Source: an uncultured Gammaproteobacteria bacterium (lineage in GTDB: Bacteria; Pseudomonadota; Gammaproteobacteria; UBA9214). Taken from it: a stretch of 64,000 bases of DNA. The position numbers and the translations under genes are program-made. The DNA is taken from contig CAWHCQ010000010.1 of assembly GCA_963827755.1 (NCBI GenBank), forward strand, positions 9,101 to 73,100, given 5' to 3'. The notes beneath the pieces were generated by a model that was given only the letters and a program-made list of their open reading frames with translations, made no database searches and was not told the DNA's origin. The first letter of the stretch is position 1, and every line of letters begins with the position of its first letter. Shown piece by piece: positions 22,195 to 33,749 of the stretch.

Positions 22195-22698
22195 CTATGT
22201 TCTTTTCAATCCGGCAGGTATGCCATCCGGGAACAGCAGCGGCGCCAGTTCATTCAGCGCCCGCCGGTAAACATTGCGTTTGAATGAAACAACTTCCTTG
22301 AGAGGGTGCCAGTAGTCCACCCAGCACCAGTAATCGAATTCCGGCTTGTCCGACTGATCGAGTGTTACCGCCTGATCTTCACAGAGAATGCGCAGCAGAA
22401 ACCAGACCTGCTTCTGACCGATGCACAGTGGCCGGCTTGTACGCCGCAGGTATTGCCGCGGCAGGTGGTAGCGCAGCCAGCCGCGGGTTGAACCGATCAG
22501 CTCGACCTGCTCCGGCTGCAGACCGACCTCTTCGGCCAGCTCCCGGTACATGGCCTCGCTCGGCGTCTCGTTCGAACGCATACCGCCCTGCGGAAACTGC
22601 CAGGCATCCTGGCCGATGCGCCGGGCCCACAAGAGCCGCCCCTGCGGGTTCGACAGGATAATCCCGACATTTGGCCTAAATCCATCTGGATCAATCAC
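22195..22698 (-). CDS. rppH: RNA pyrophosphohydrolase
   Basis: [20 protein letters not shown], Nudix box, GQKQ.WFLL; upstream of ptsP. Confidence 0.97.
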   Translation of the reverse strand: MIDPDGFRPNVGIILSNPQGRLLWARRIGQDAWQFPQGGMRSNETPSEAMYRELAEEVGLQPEQVELIGSTRGWLRYHLPRQYLRRTSRPLCIGQKQVWFLLRILCEDQAVTLDQSDKPEFDYWCWVDYWHPLKEVVSFKRNVYRRALNELAPLLFPDGIPAGLKRT

Positions 22699-22843
22699 TT
22701 GTATACCCTATAGTGCATTTCCGGACTGAAATCATTCTCCCATAGCTCACAGGCCGGGGCAACCGTGGGCCCGGCAGTCGGCGCTTGCCGCGCCTCCAAT
22801 CGTGTATGCTTGGCAGCGTTTTTTTACCCGGGACCGGCGTGAC

Positions 22844-23497
22844 GTGGGCATTGCACTGTTTGACCTCGATAATACATTGATTGCCGGTGACAGCGATTAC
22901 CTGTGGGGCTGTTTTCTGGTTGAACAGGGCGTTGTCGACGGCAAGCTGTATGCAAGCGAGAACCAGCGCTTCTACGATCTATACAAGGTCGGTGAGCTGA
23001 ACATCCACGAGTTCCTCGAATTTCAACTCAAACCACTGGCCGAACACAGCATGGAGACCCTGGAGCAATGGCGCCACCAGTATATCGAGGAGAAGATCAT
23101 CCCGATCCTGCTTCCCGGCGCGCAGGAATTGATTGACCGGCACAGGCAAGAGGGCGACACACCGGTCATTATTACGGCGACCAACCGCTTTATTACCGGC
23201 CCGATAGCCGCGCTGTATAACATCCGCCACCTGCTGGCCACCGAACCCGAGATTATCAATCGCCGTTATAGCGGCGGCATTACCGGCGTGCCCTGCTTTC
23301 AGGACGGCAAGGTCGCCCAACTTGAAGACTGGCTGGAAAGCAACCGGCAAACACTTGATGACAGCTGGTTCTACAGCGATTCGCACAATGACCTGCCGCT
23401 GTTGAACAAAGTCAGTCACCCGGTTGCCGTGGACCCGGACGAGATTCTCAAACAGCATGCCGACGACCATGGCTGGCCGGTAATCAGTTTGAGGTAA
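22844..23497 (+). CDS. HAD-IB family hydrolase (histidinol-phosphatase-like)
   Basis: ALFDLDNTL, ITATN, FYSDSHNDLPLL. Confidence 0.9.
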   Translation: MGIALFDLDNTLIAGDSDYLWGCFLVEQGVVDGKLYASENQRFYDLYKVGELNIHEFLEFQLKPLAEHSMETLEQWRHQYIEEKIIPILLPGAQELIDRHRQEGDTPVIITATNRFITGPIAALYNIRHLLATEPEIINRRYSGGITGVPCFQDGKVAQLEDWLESNRQTLDDSWFYSDSHNDLPLLNKVSHPVAVDPDEILKQHADDHGWPVISLR

Positions 23498-23546
23498 TCC
23501 TGAGTGCCATAAGTCTCGATTCAAATGCAGGCCTATGAAACAGCCG

Positions 23547-23624
23547 GTAGGATGGGTAAAGCGTAGCGTACCCATCGGGTATGGCTCTGACGGGTACGTC
23601 GCTTCGCTCCTTTACCCATCCTAC
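23547..23624. repeat. Inverted REP doublet, GTAG family 2
   Basis: GTAG-GATGGGTA-N10-TACCCATC followed by an inverted partner ending TTTACCCATCCTAC. Confidence 0.75.
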
Positions 23625-23707
23625 CTCCCTACCAATGGATAAATAAGAACCCTCTTAACGGGCACACCATGGCTTGTCACTTCTGAAAGAATCAATATTT
23701 CCTGATC

Positions 23708-24694
23708 ATGCGACCAACCCTCCTGTTCACCGCATTACTGCTGGCGACCCTGGCCAGCTTCCTGTTCAGCCTGTCGAGCGGCACGGTCGAGATCGGCTGG
23801 CAGGAACTGCTGGCGTCCATTGGCGAAGGCACAGGGGGACTTGCCGAACGGGTAATCATCGAACTGCGCTGGCCGCGGACCGCGGCGGCATTTACGACCG
23901 GCGCCCTGCTGGCACTTGCCGGCGGCCTGATGCAGGTGCTGTTGCGCAACCCGCTCGCGGATCCCTACGTGCTCGGTGTGTCCGGTGGCGCGGCGACAGG
24001 TGCGCTGCTGGCGCTGCTGTTCGGCCTTGGCGCCCTGTGGCTGCAGGGCGCGGCATTTGCCGGTGCACTGTTCTCCATGGCGCTGGTATTCGGCCTGTCA
24101 CACGGGCGCGGCAGCTGGACAGGCAGCCGGCTTTTACTGACCGGGGTCGTGGTCGCTGCCGGCTGGGGCGCCTGCATTGGTTTTATCCTCGCGCTCAGTC
24201 CCGAACAGGGCCTGCGCGGCATGCTCTTCTGGTTAATGGGCGACCTGGGTTATGCCACGGTGCCGTACACGGGGTTTGCCATTCTGGTCGTCGGCCTGCT
24301 GGCGGCGATTGCCATTGCGCGTTCGCTGAATATCCTGACGCACGGTGAACTGGCGGCGGCCTCTCTGGGCGTGCGCATCAGGCCGTTACGGCGTTTCATC
24401 TATTTACTGGCCTCCCTGCTGACCGCCACCGCCGTCACCCTGGCCGGCACCATCGGCTTTGTCGGCCTGATCGTGCCACACATGTTGCGCCTCATGGGTG
24501 TGCGTGACCAGCGCATACTTTTACCGGCCGCGTCACTGCTGGGCGGCAGCCTGCTGATCGTTGCAGATACCCTCGCACGCACCCTGCTGGCACCCCGGCA
24601 GTTACCGGTGGGCATACTCACGGCACTGATCGGCGTACCCCTGTTCCTGGCACTGCTGCATCACAGCCGCACACTCCACGGCGACGAGCACTAG
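23708..24694 (+). CDS. FecCD/BtuC-family ABC permease (probably cobalamin)
   Basis: LRWPR, RNPLADPYVLGVSGGA, GTIGFVGLIVPH, LPVGILTALIG.P. Confidence 0.9.
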   Translation: MRPTLLFTALLLATLASFLFSLSSGTVEIGWQELLASIGEGTGGLAERVIIELRWPRTAAAFTTGALLALAGGLMQVLLRNPLADPYVLGVSGGAATGALLALLFGLGALWLQGAAFAGALFSMALVFGLSHGRGSWTGSRLLLTGVVVAAGWGACIGFILALSPEQGLRGMLFWLMGDLGYATVPYTGFAILVVGLLAAIAIARSLNILTHGELAAASLGVRIRPLRRFIYLLASLLTATAVTLAGTIGFVGLIVPHMLRLMGVRDQRILLPAASLLGGSLLIVADTLARTLLAPRQLPVGILTALIGVPLFLALLHHSRTLHGDEH

Positions 24695-24697
24695 CCC

Positions 24698-25465
<768 letters not shown>

Positions 25466-25536
25466 GCACGAAAGGACTGCAATAACAGAGTTTCCTTGAC
25501 TTGCGTGCGTCCCGCCCGTACAGTTTCCGCAGCTTA

Positions 25537-25728
25537 GTTTCAGGTGTCCCACGGACCTCCGTCCAAGGGATGAAACGGGAAGCCGGTGCGTCAACACAAT
25601 GACAAGTCCGGCGCTGCCCCCGCAACGGTAAGCGAGCATAGGTGAATCGAATATACCACTGCGCATGACGCGGGAAGGTGATTCACCGGGTACCAACCCG
25701 CTCGCAAGCCCGGAGACCGGCCTGAAAC
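25537..25728 (+). ncRNA. Cobalamin riboswitch
   Basis: Closing stem GTTTCAGG/CCTGAAAC, GGGAAGCCGGTG, CTGCCCCCGCAACGGTAA, CCACTG, GGGAAGG, B12-box-like AGCCCGGAGACCGGCCTG; upstream of a TonB-dependent receptor. Confidence 0.92.
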
Positions 25729-25847
25729 CACATGCATGTATCGCGAGGGGCGATGCTGGCAGTGGAATACTTCTTCCTGTCATTGTCATTCTCCTTCTGC
25801 ACTGATCAAACTTCAGCACGGGGTCGTGCTGTGGCATGGAGAAGACA

Positions 25848-27949
25848 ATGACAATCCGTTCCGTTATCGTGATGCAGATCCTGCTTGCAGGACTGTGTTG
25901 CGGCAATGCCGCTGCAAATACCCTGTCATCCGGCAATATCCTGGTCACCGCCACACGCATTAACACCGGGGGGCTCGGTGCCCGCGGTCATACCACGGTG
26001 ATTACCGCGGAGGATATCGGGAAAAGCACGGCACGCACCCTGCCGGAACTGCTGGGCCGTGAGGCCGGCGTTGTTACACGCAGCCTGTTCGGCAATAACG
26101 GCACCGGTGCCACGGTTGATATTCGCGGCTTCGGCGCGGCGTCGAGTCAAAACACCCTGATCCTGCTGGACGGACGACGCCTGAATGACGTGGATTTTTC
26201 CAGCGTTGATTTCAGCGTCATACCCCTGCAAAGCATCGAGCGTATCGAGATCATGCGCAACAGCGGCGCGGTACTCTATGGTGATGGCGCGATTGGCGGC
26301 ACCATCAACATCATCACCCGGCATCCGCTGGAAAGCGGCACAGACGGCTTTCATCAAGGCAGGTGCAGGCAACCTGGATAGCCGGCAAGTGGACGCGCAT
26401 GCAAGCCACAGCAGCGGCCCGCTTGCCGTGTTTCTCGGCGCACATGGCGCCGGAAGTGACGGCTACCGCGACCACAACGACCTGGACCAGCGCAGCGTCA
26501 ACGCCGACATCCGCTACACGCGTGATAACGGCGAATTATTTCTCAAGCTTTATGGTTTTGAACAGGACCTCGATCTTCCGGGCGAGCGCAAGGTCAATCC
26601 GGGAACCGGGATCAACGAACTCAAGTCCGACCGCAGGGGTACCGGCACCCCGCGAGACTTCGGCAACCAGGATGGCTACGTGATCAATCCCGGTTATACC
26701 CACTACTGGGAGAATGGCAGCGAGGCCGTGTTCGATTTCAGTTACCGTCACAAGAACCAGCAGGCCTTTTATGATGATTACCTGTTTGGCGGCTTGTTTG
26801 CCAGCCACCTGGATACCGATCTCGATACCTGGTCATTCACACCACGCATCCACCAGCCCCACCGTCTGCTTGGCAGACAGGCAACAACCACTGCGGGCAT
26901 TGATTATTACAACAGTGACTACCATTCCGACCGTTCATTAAATCCTGCAACAGACAGCGCACCCATACATCAACTGGATGCCGAGCAGAAATCCACCGCC
27001 GTGTATGCCGATACAGTGATTGCTGCCAGTGAAGACATCACGCTTAACCTGGGTGCCCGCCTGCAATGGGTAAAACTGGAGGCCAGAGACCGTTTCGATC
27101 CGACCGCACCGGGTGCCGATCCCGTTTCCGATGGTCCGGCACCGCGCCTGTCCGACAGTCAGCGGGTACACATGCTGGAGGCCGGTATCGAGAAACAGAT
27201 CAACCCGGCCACGGCTGCCTATATCAAGTTTACCCGCAGCGCCCGCGTGACCACTGTGGACGAGATGTTTGAGTCGAGGTTTTTCTTTGACCCGGCCACG
27301 TTTGCCTTCACGGGAACCAGGATATTCTCGCCACTGGACCCGCAGACCGCTAACGGCCTTGATATCGGCACCCGCTATGACACTGGCAAACTGTCGCTCA
27401 ATGCCAATGCCTATTACATGCGGCTGAAAAACGAGATCCACTTCAACCCGATCACCTTTGAGAATATCAACCTTGATCCGACGAAACGCTACGGGATTGA
27501 ATTAGGCGCCGCCATTGATCTTACAGACCGGTTACGCCTGCAAGGTAATTACACCTGGATGCGCGCCAGGTTCCGCGACGGACCATTCTCCGGAAACAAT
27601 GTACCCCTGGTCCCGGAAAACACGGCCAGCCTGGCAGCGAGCTGGGAACAGTCGGCAAACACTGAATACAGGGTTGCAGTCAATTACACCGGCGAAAAAT
27701 ACTTCGATAATGACCAGGCCAACAGCTTCGGCAGAAAGATCCCTGCCTACACCACGGTCGATGCCAGGGCCAGCCACCATGCTTGCGGGATTCCAGCTGG
27801 GCGTCGAGGTCAACAATATATTTGAAGAAGAGGCTATCGACTACGGTGTCAGCAGCGTATCCACCGCCGGTGTGTACAATGCCTATCCATTACCGGAACG
27901 GACTATACTGTTCACCGTTTCCAGGGCACTCGGCCGCAACAATCAATGA
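25848..27949 (+). CDS. btuB: TonB-dependent receptor, BtuB-like (frameshifts near 26350 and 27785)
   Basis: VTATR, plug motifs IRGFG, LILLDGRRLN, IERIEI....AVLYGDGAIGG.INIIT, terminal VNNIF...PLPERT; follows the B12 riboswitch. Confidence 0.8.
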
Positions 27950-28622
27950 GTCTTCACTTTAAATGGTTCCTGGCATTATCTGTGGCAGCACATGCCGCAG
28001 TCATGTTCGCCTGGGTAGCGCCGCTGCCCGACACCGGCAAACCGGGACAGGTTCTACTGCTGGATATCACGGAGCAAGCGGGCCAGAGCACACCCCTCGC
28101 AGCGACTGACGCTGCGAGCGGGCAGCGCCCGCCCGATACCACAGCAAAAGAGCCGGCTCCGCCGCATAAACCTGTTTCAGCAGGCCGCCGTGCAACCGCT
28201 GAACAGCCTCTCGGGGCAAGCACGGAGCCAGCGGACACCCGGCGATCAGATCCGGGCGATGCGGACAATACAAAATCCGGCCGCTGCGGCAACCCTTGCC
28301 GCGCAGCAGCCCCCGCCCCAGCCATGAAGAATCCGACCGGCACCTGCGCGACAGCGTGCTGCGACTGGTCACGCAGCGACTCAGCTACCCGGCCATTGCG
28401 CGTCGCAAGGGTTGGCAGGGGGTTGTCACCCTGGAACTGCATATCGAACCCGACGGCCTGATTTCAGACCTGCAGGTCAACGAGACGTCCGGCTACCCTG
28501 CACTGGACCACGCCGCGGTGAAATCACTGCAACTGGCCAGCATACCCGGTGCCGGAGCATGGCTGCATGGCCGGAGCATCGACATGCTGGTACCGGTTGA
28601 ATATCGGCTGCTGGACAGCTGA
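27946..28622 (+). CDS. tonB: Energy transducer TonB (frameshift near 28290)
   Basis: N-terminal SVAAH TM motif, Pro/Ala linker, C-terminal YPAIARRKGWQG.V.L...SG...LD.AA. Confidence 0.8.
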
Positions 28623-29195
28623 ATGGGCAACCGGCTCTCAAAGATATACACGCGCACCGGCGATGACGGCACCACCGGCCTTGGTGACGGTTCACGCGTT
28701 GCCAAGGACGATCCGCGAGTCGAGGCCATGGGTGCGGTTGACGAACTGAACTGCGCCATCGGGGTCCTGCTTGCCCATGAACTGCCGGTAGCTGTCCAGC
28801 TTTCACTGACCGGCATCCAGCACAGGCTGTTTGATCTCGGCGGCGAACTCTGCATCCCCGATACCAGCTGCATCACGGATGAACACGTTGCAGGGCTGGA
28901 ACAGTTACTCGATGAACTCAATGCAGACCTGCCGGCCCTGAAGGAATTCATCCTGCCGGGCGGCTCCGCGGCCGCGGCGGCCTGCCACCTGGCCCGTGCC
29001 ATCTGCCGTCGCGCCGAACGGCGTACCCACAGCCTCGGCAAGCAGGCAGGCATCAACCCGGCTTCCCTGAAATACCTGAACCGGCTCTCCGACCTGCTGT
29101 TTGTGATGGCCCGGCACCTGAACAAACAGGCCGGTGTAGCCGATGTTTTCTGGAAGCATGAAAAGAAAGGTGAGAGAGTGAGAAGTGAGAAGTGA
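28623..29195 (+). CDS. pduO: ATP:cob(I)alamin adenosyltransferase, PduO type
   Basis: KIYTRTGDDGTTGL, G.VDELN, FILPGG, CRRAER, YLNRLSDLLF. Confidence 0.93.
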   Translation: MGNRLSKIYTRTGDDGTTGLGDGSRVAKDDPRVEAMGAVDELNCAIGVLLAHELPVAVQLSLTGIQHRLFDLGGELCIPDTSCITDEHVAGLEQLLDELNADLPALKEFILPGGSAAAAACHLARAICRRAERRTHSLGKQAGINPASLKYLNRLSDLLFVMARHLNKQAGVADVFWKHEKKGERVRSEK

Positions 29196-29386
29196 AGAGT
29201 GAAGAAGTGAAGGTGAAGAATACGGAAGAAGTGAAAAGTAAGATGCTTAAGAATGATTTTCGTGTACTTCACGTGGATTCCGTGGCTATTACTACTTCAC
29301 TCTTCACTTCTTACTTCTCACTCTTCACTTCTCTTCACTTCTCACTTCTCACTTCTCACTTCTCACTTCTCACTTCTCACTTTCTC
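29168..29386. repeat. Inverted heptamer element H3 with nested CACG-triplet repeat (29257-29286)
   Basis: GTGAGAAGTGAGAAGTGA arm, central TTTTCGTGTACTTCACGTGGATTCCGTGGC, TCACTTC arm; both flanking proteins end VRSEK*. Confidence 0.92.
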
Positions 29387-30307
29387 AAGAATTCCGCACA
29401 AACGTTCAACCCCGTCCAGTATCCGCGGCGTTTGCCGCACCAGCAGTTCCCGCTGGATTGCGTACAGCTGGTTTGATTTCACCGCGGACAGCTCCGGCCA
29501 GCGGCGCCACGCCTCCAGCATGCTGTTATCACCGGCATCGACAGCGGTAACGATGACATCCGGATTGGCAACGAGCACGGCCTCGATGTCGATTTGTGGC
29601 GCCAGTGCCGGCAGTGCCGCAAAGACATTGCGCCCGCCGCATAACTGCATCACGTCACTGACCAGGTGTTCACCGTTCAAGGTCATCAGCGGGTTTTCCC
29701 ATACCTGGTAAAACACGCCGACTTCAGGGCGTCGTGCATAGCGACTGCGCAGCCCTTCAAGCCGCTGTTCAAATGCAGCCGCCTGTGCCCCGGCTGCCGT
29801 ACCTGTGGCAGCCAGCTCGCCCAGCTTCCTGAGCGTGACCGCGATATCCTCCAGCCGGCGTGGTTCGGAGAGAAACACGGTCATCCCGAGTGACTGCAGG
29901 CGCCGCACCTGCCGATCCGGGTTGCCGCTCTGCCAGGCAACCACCAGGTCCGGCTGCAGGGCAAGTACGGCCTCCATGTCAAGGCTGCCACCGTCACTGA
30001 TGCGCGGAAGCGTTTCTGCATTCGGCGGGTAGTTACTGTAGGCGGACACACCGACGATGGAACTGCCTGCACCGGCGGCAAACAGCAGTTCCGTGATGTG
30101 CGGCGACAGGCTGACGATACGCCGCGCGGGATGCTGCAGTACGACCTGCTGCCCTGCATCGTCGCTCACCCGGATCTCCGGCCACGCCGGCGTACTCGAC
30201 CAGCCGGTCATCAACAACAGGAATAGGACAGGCAAATACCATGTCCAGCCCGCATTGCTGTATAGGCAAAACTGATGCTTGAAGGATTTTTCTGAATTTA
30301 AAAACAT
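29363..30307 (-). CDS. btuF: Periplasmic cobalamin-binding protein
   Basis: RIVSLSPHITELLFAAGAG, YSNYP, QPDLVVAW.SGN, CGGRNVF; start uncertain. Confidence 0.88.
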   Translation of the reverse strand: MFLNSEKSFKHQFCLYSNAGWTWYLPVLFLLLMTGWSSTPAWPEIRVSDDAGQQVVLQHPARRIVSLSPHITELLFAAGAGSSIVGVSAYSNYPPNAETLPRISDGGSLDMEAVLALQPDLVVAWQSGNPDRQVRRLQSLGMTVFLSEPRRLEDIAVTLRKLGELAATGTAAGAQAAAFEQRLEGLRSRYARRPEVGVFYQVWENPLMTLNGEHLVSDVMQLCGGRNVFAALPALAPQIDIEAVLVANPDVIVTAVDAGDNSMLEAWRRWPELSAVKSNQLYAIQRELLVRQTPRILDGVERLCGILEKVRSEK

Positions 30308-30554
30308 GCAGACCTGACCATTGCACGAGCCGGGATCGATGATAACGGCCTGAAAACTCCTCATCGGCGCTCCGGGCATCCTGCCTCCCGCGACACTTGT
30401 GCGTCCTTGTACATCGGCCAGTTCCCGGAGGGAGAAGGGATTCTCTTTTGCTATGACGAGTGATGTGTCATCTCCTGTGTACTATTAATATGACAAACGG
30501 CTTTCCTGGATGCGTTATAATCCCGCGTCCCAACAGCAGACACAAGCAGGAACA

Positions 30555-31319
30555 ATGAAATCACCGGTCATAATTATCGGCATCGGGGAAATGGGCGGCG
30601 TTTTTGCACGCGGCCTGCTGCGCGCCGGCCACCCGGTCTACCCGGCAACCCGCAAAACAGATCTGGCAGAACTGGCCCGGCAATTACCCGCCCCGGAGCT
30701 GGTGCTGGTTGCCGTTGCCGAAAATGACCTGCACGCGACACTGGAACAGATACCGGCCTCATGGCAATCGCGTATCGCACTCTTGCAAAACGAATTACTG
30801 CCGGCTGACTGGGAACCCTACGGCCTGGTTCAGCCAACGGTGATCTCCGTCTGGTTCGAGAAGAAAAAAGGCCAGGACGTCAAGGTACTGATCCCCTCCC
30901 CGGTCTATGGCCCCGCCGCCGGCTTGTTGCAGGAATGCCTGGGGATGCTCGACATCCCGGTGTGTGTGCTGGAAACTGCAGCCGAACTGCTGCTGGAACT
31001 GGTGATAAAGAATGTCTACATCATCACCACCAACTGCGCCGGCCTGGTAACCGGCGGAACGGTGAGTGAGCTCTGGGCAAACCACCGCGAACTCGCTGAA
31101 GGCATTGCCCGCGAGGTCATACAGATACAGGAATCACTGGTGGGTGATGACTTGCCGGCCGATGCCCTGATCAAGGGCATGCTAAAGGCCTTTGCGGGCG
31201 ATCCCGATCACGGCTGCACGGGTCGCAGTGCACCGGCGCGGCTGGCCCGTGCCCTGCAACAGGCCGATGCAAGCGGTCTGGAAGTACCGCAACTGAGGAA
31301 GATTGCGGCAAGCCTGTAG
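30555..31319 (+). CDS. Rossmann-fold protein (ketopantoate reductase-like, function unknown)
   Basis: IIIGIGEMGG nucleotide-binding motif, LLQNEL. Confidence 0.65.
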   Translation: MKSPVIIIGIGEMGGVFARGLLRAGHPVYPATRKTDLAELARQLPAPELVLVAVAENDLHATLEQIPASWQSRIALLQNELLPADWEPYGLVQPTVISVWFEKKKGQDVKVLIPSPVYGPAAGLLQECLGMLDIPVCVLETAAELLLELVIKNVYIITTNCAGLVTGGTVSELWANHRELAEGIAREVIQIQESLVGDDLPADALIKGMLKAFAGDPDHGCTGRSAPARLARALQQADASGLEVPQLRKIAASL

Positions 31320-31367
31320 CCACATACCTTCATCGCGGATGCTGACTCCGCTGCCGTGCACTATCGG

Positions 31368-31456
31368 GTAGGAGCGCCTTGCAGGCGCGATTGGTTGTCT
31401 AGTCTATCGCCCGCAGGGCGAAACAAAGCCAATCGAGGATCAGATCCGCTCCTGCA
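31368..31456. repeat. Degenerate REP doublet, GTAG family 3
   Basis: GTAGGAGCGCCTTGCAGGCGCGA and inverted TCGAGGATCAGATCCGCTCCTGCA; overlaps the 3' end of the ROK ORF. Confidence 0.5.
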
Positions 31457-32376
31457 GGACCGTGGCGAAAGCCGGTCACGCACACAGGCCATAACCAGGC
31501 GGCGCCGCGGACACCGCTGGCGTCACCGTGCATGGCCGGCACCAGCCGGGTCTCCACACTGTCCGAGAAAACGTATTGGCCCCACAGCGCGGGAACGTCC
31601 CTGTAGAGCGATGCAATATTGGAAACACCGCCGCCAAGCACGATCACATCCGGATCGATCACGTTGATGACAGTCGCCAGTGCGCGTGCCATCCGGTCCG
31701 AGTATCGCGCCATGCTCTGCCTCGACTTCGCATCCCCCAGCTCGGCACATTGGGCAATGCTGACAGGCTGCATGCTTACCCCGTGCGCGTGGTAATGGTC
31801 ACGCACCAGGCCGGGGCCGGACAACCAGGTCTCGATACAGCCGGACAGGCCGCAATAACATTCAGGCCCCGGCAACTCGTCCTGCTGTGGCCATGGCAAG
31901 GGGTTGTGTCCCCATTCGCCGGCAATGCCGTTGGGACCATTGACCGGTTTGCCGTTGACCACAATCCCGCCACCGGTCCCGGTACCGATAATCACCCCGA
32001 AAACAACCGCCGCGCCCGCTGCGGCACCATCGGTGGCCTCCGACAGGGCAAAGCAATCCGCATCATTGGCAAACCGCACGTCACGCCCCAGCATCGATTC
32101 GAGATCGCGATACAGGGGCTTGCCATTCAGACACACCGAGTTGGAGTTCTTCACCAGCCCGTTTGCCCGCGACCGGGAGCCCGGCATGCCGACACCGACC
32201 GAACACGCTTGCGCAACAGACTGCTCAAGCACAGCAACCAGCTCGACAATGGCCGCGAGCGTAGCCTGGTAGTCGTCTTGCGGGGTGGCAACACGTTCAC
32301 GCGCCAGTTCCGCACCATCCCCGGCAAGCACGATGCCTTCGATCTTTGTGCCACCCAGATCGATGCCAATACGCAT
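31399..32376 (-). CDS. mak: ROK-family sugar kinase (fructokinase Mak-like)
   Basis: GIDLGGTKIE, ANDADCFALSE, GTGTGGG, GEWGH, CYCG..GCIE, HGDASGVRGAAWLW. Confidence 0.9.
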   Translation of the reverse strand: MRIGIDLGGTKIEGIVLAGDGAELARERVATPQDDYQATLAAIVELVAVLEQSVAQACSVGVGMPGSRSRANGLVKNSNSVCLNGKPLYRDLESMLGRDVRFANDADCFALSEATDGAAAGAAVVFGVIIGTGTGGGIVVNGKPVNGPNGIAGEWGHNPLPWPQQDELPGPECYCGLSGCIETWLSGPGLVRDHYHAHGVSMQPVSIAQCAELGDAKSRQSMARYSDRMARALATVINVIDPDVIVLGGGVSNIASLYRDVPALWGQYVFSDSVETRLVPAMHGDASGVRGAAWLWPVCVTGFRHGPAGADLILDWLCFALRAID

Positions 32377-32378
32377 CG

Positions 32379-32987
32379 CTAGCGACTCACGCCGTGCTGA
32401 ATGAGCTTGATGGATCGCTCGCCATCGGTAGCCAGGCGGGTCATACCTGCGTTGGCAACATGTATGCGGTACATGGCCAGTGGTGGAATTTTCAAAACGA
32501 TGGCGATGATTGCCCTTATCACCCCGGCGTGCGCAACGACCAGCAGTGATTGCCCGGCAAAGCGCGCCAGCAGTTCGGCAAAAGCACTGTCAACCCGGGA
32601 CATAAACGCATCCAGCGGTTCGGCACCCGGCGGGCGCTGGTTAACCGGGTCCTGGTAGAAGCGTGCGAGCTGTCCCGGAAACAGCTGCTCCACTTCCTCA
32701 CGGGTCTTGCCTTCCCAGGCACCGAAGCCCACCTCCGCAAAGCGCGGCTCGGTGTGTACCGGCAGTCCATGCCGCTCACCGAGCAAGTCGGCAAAGGCCC
32801 GGCAACGCTGCAAGGGTGAAGTGATGATCTGCTGCCAGTCATTGTCATCGCCCACGGCTTGCCACATCTGCTGCCAGCCTTTCTCGCTGAGCGCATCATC
32901 CACTTGCCCGCGGTAACGGCTGCCGCCAAGCGGTTCGCCATGACGCAACAGGTTGATGGTAGTTTCACTGTTCGGCAAAACGCCCAC
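32379..32987 (-). CDS. Histidine phosphatase (CobC/alpha-ribazole phosphatase-like)
   Basis: LLRHGE, SPLQRC, E..FG.WEG, VAHAGVIR. Confidence 0.85.
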   Translation of the reverse strand: MGVLPNSETTINLLRHGEPLGGSRYRGQVDDALSEKGWQQMWQAVGDDNDWQQIITSPLQRCRAFADLLGERHGLPVHTEPRFAEVGFGAWEGKTREEVEQLFPGQLARFYQDPVNQRPPGAEPLDAFMSRVDSAFAELLARFAGQSLLVVAHAGVIRAIIAIVLKIPPLAMYRIHVANAGMTRLATDGERSIKLIQHGVSR

Positions 32988-32998
32988 CCTTCCGGACT

Positions 32999-33556
32999 TC
33001 AGGACTGCAGCGCGGCAAGGCGGGCATGCAGCCGCTGCCAGTCAAAGGCCGCGCCCGGATCGGTCTTGCGGTGCGCCGCGATATCACAGTGCCCGGCAAT
33101 GCGTTCTGCAGACAACCCCGGGTAGACTGCAATCAGTTCGTGAATGACTTCCGCCAGGCGCTCGTACTGCAGCACGGTGTAGGGCACGCTATCCTCGCCC
33201 TCCAGTTCAATACCGATCGAGAAATCGTTACAGGCCGGCCGACCTTCATAACAGGACTCGCCGGCATGCCAGGCGCGCTTTGAAAAAGGCACATACTGGA
33301 CCAGTTCGCCGTCGCGCCGGATCAACAGGTGGCTGGACACCTGCAAATGAGCAATTTCGGAAAAATAGTCATGCTCATCCGGGTCAAGACAGTTGGTAAA
33401 GAACCGGTCTATGCAGGGCCCCCCGTACTCACCCGGCGGCAGACTGATGCCGTGGATGACAATAAGGCCTATCGCACAGCCGGCCGGCCGCTCATCAAAA
33501 TTGGGCGAAGGCACCTGCCGTGCCGTTAACAAGGTGTTTCCTGTTGGGTCTATCAT
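32999..33556 (-). CDS. ampD: 1,6-anhydro-N-acetylmuramyl-L-alanine amidase
   Basis: SPNFDERP, IHGISLPPG, VSSHLLI.RDG, RAWHAG.S, CNDFSIGIELEG, RKTDPG. Confidence 0.95.
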   Translation of the reverse strand: MIDPTGNTLLTARQVPSPNFDERPAGCAIGLIVIHGISLPPGEYGGPCIDRFFTNCLDPDEHDYFSEIAHLQVSSHLLIRRDGELVQYVPFSKRAWHAGESCYEGRPACNDFSIGIELEGEDSVPYTVLQYERLAEVIHELIAVYPGLSAERIAGHCDIAAHRKTDPGAAFDWQRLHARLAALQS

Positions 33557-33749
33557 CACAGTCAAACCGACCAAGGGCGTAAATGCAGCTTCAGATAATA
33601 CCCTGTCAGCCGCCAGAAATGGATGTGCAACAGGGTTGTTTTTCCTGTGATTACACCAAATCCGGCAGCCACGGCAAGCCGGCCGCACACAAGCGCCGCC
33701 AATCGGCTAGAATAATCACCTCAAAAATCTCAGACGTAATGGAGCCGCA

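Noticed and set aside
30305-30445. Second cobalamin riboswitch upstream of btuF
   Set aside because: CAGACCTG lies on the wrong strand for btuF, and the core motifs (GGGAA..GGTG, GCCCCCGCAAC, CCACTG) are absent.
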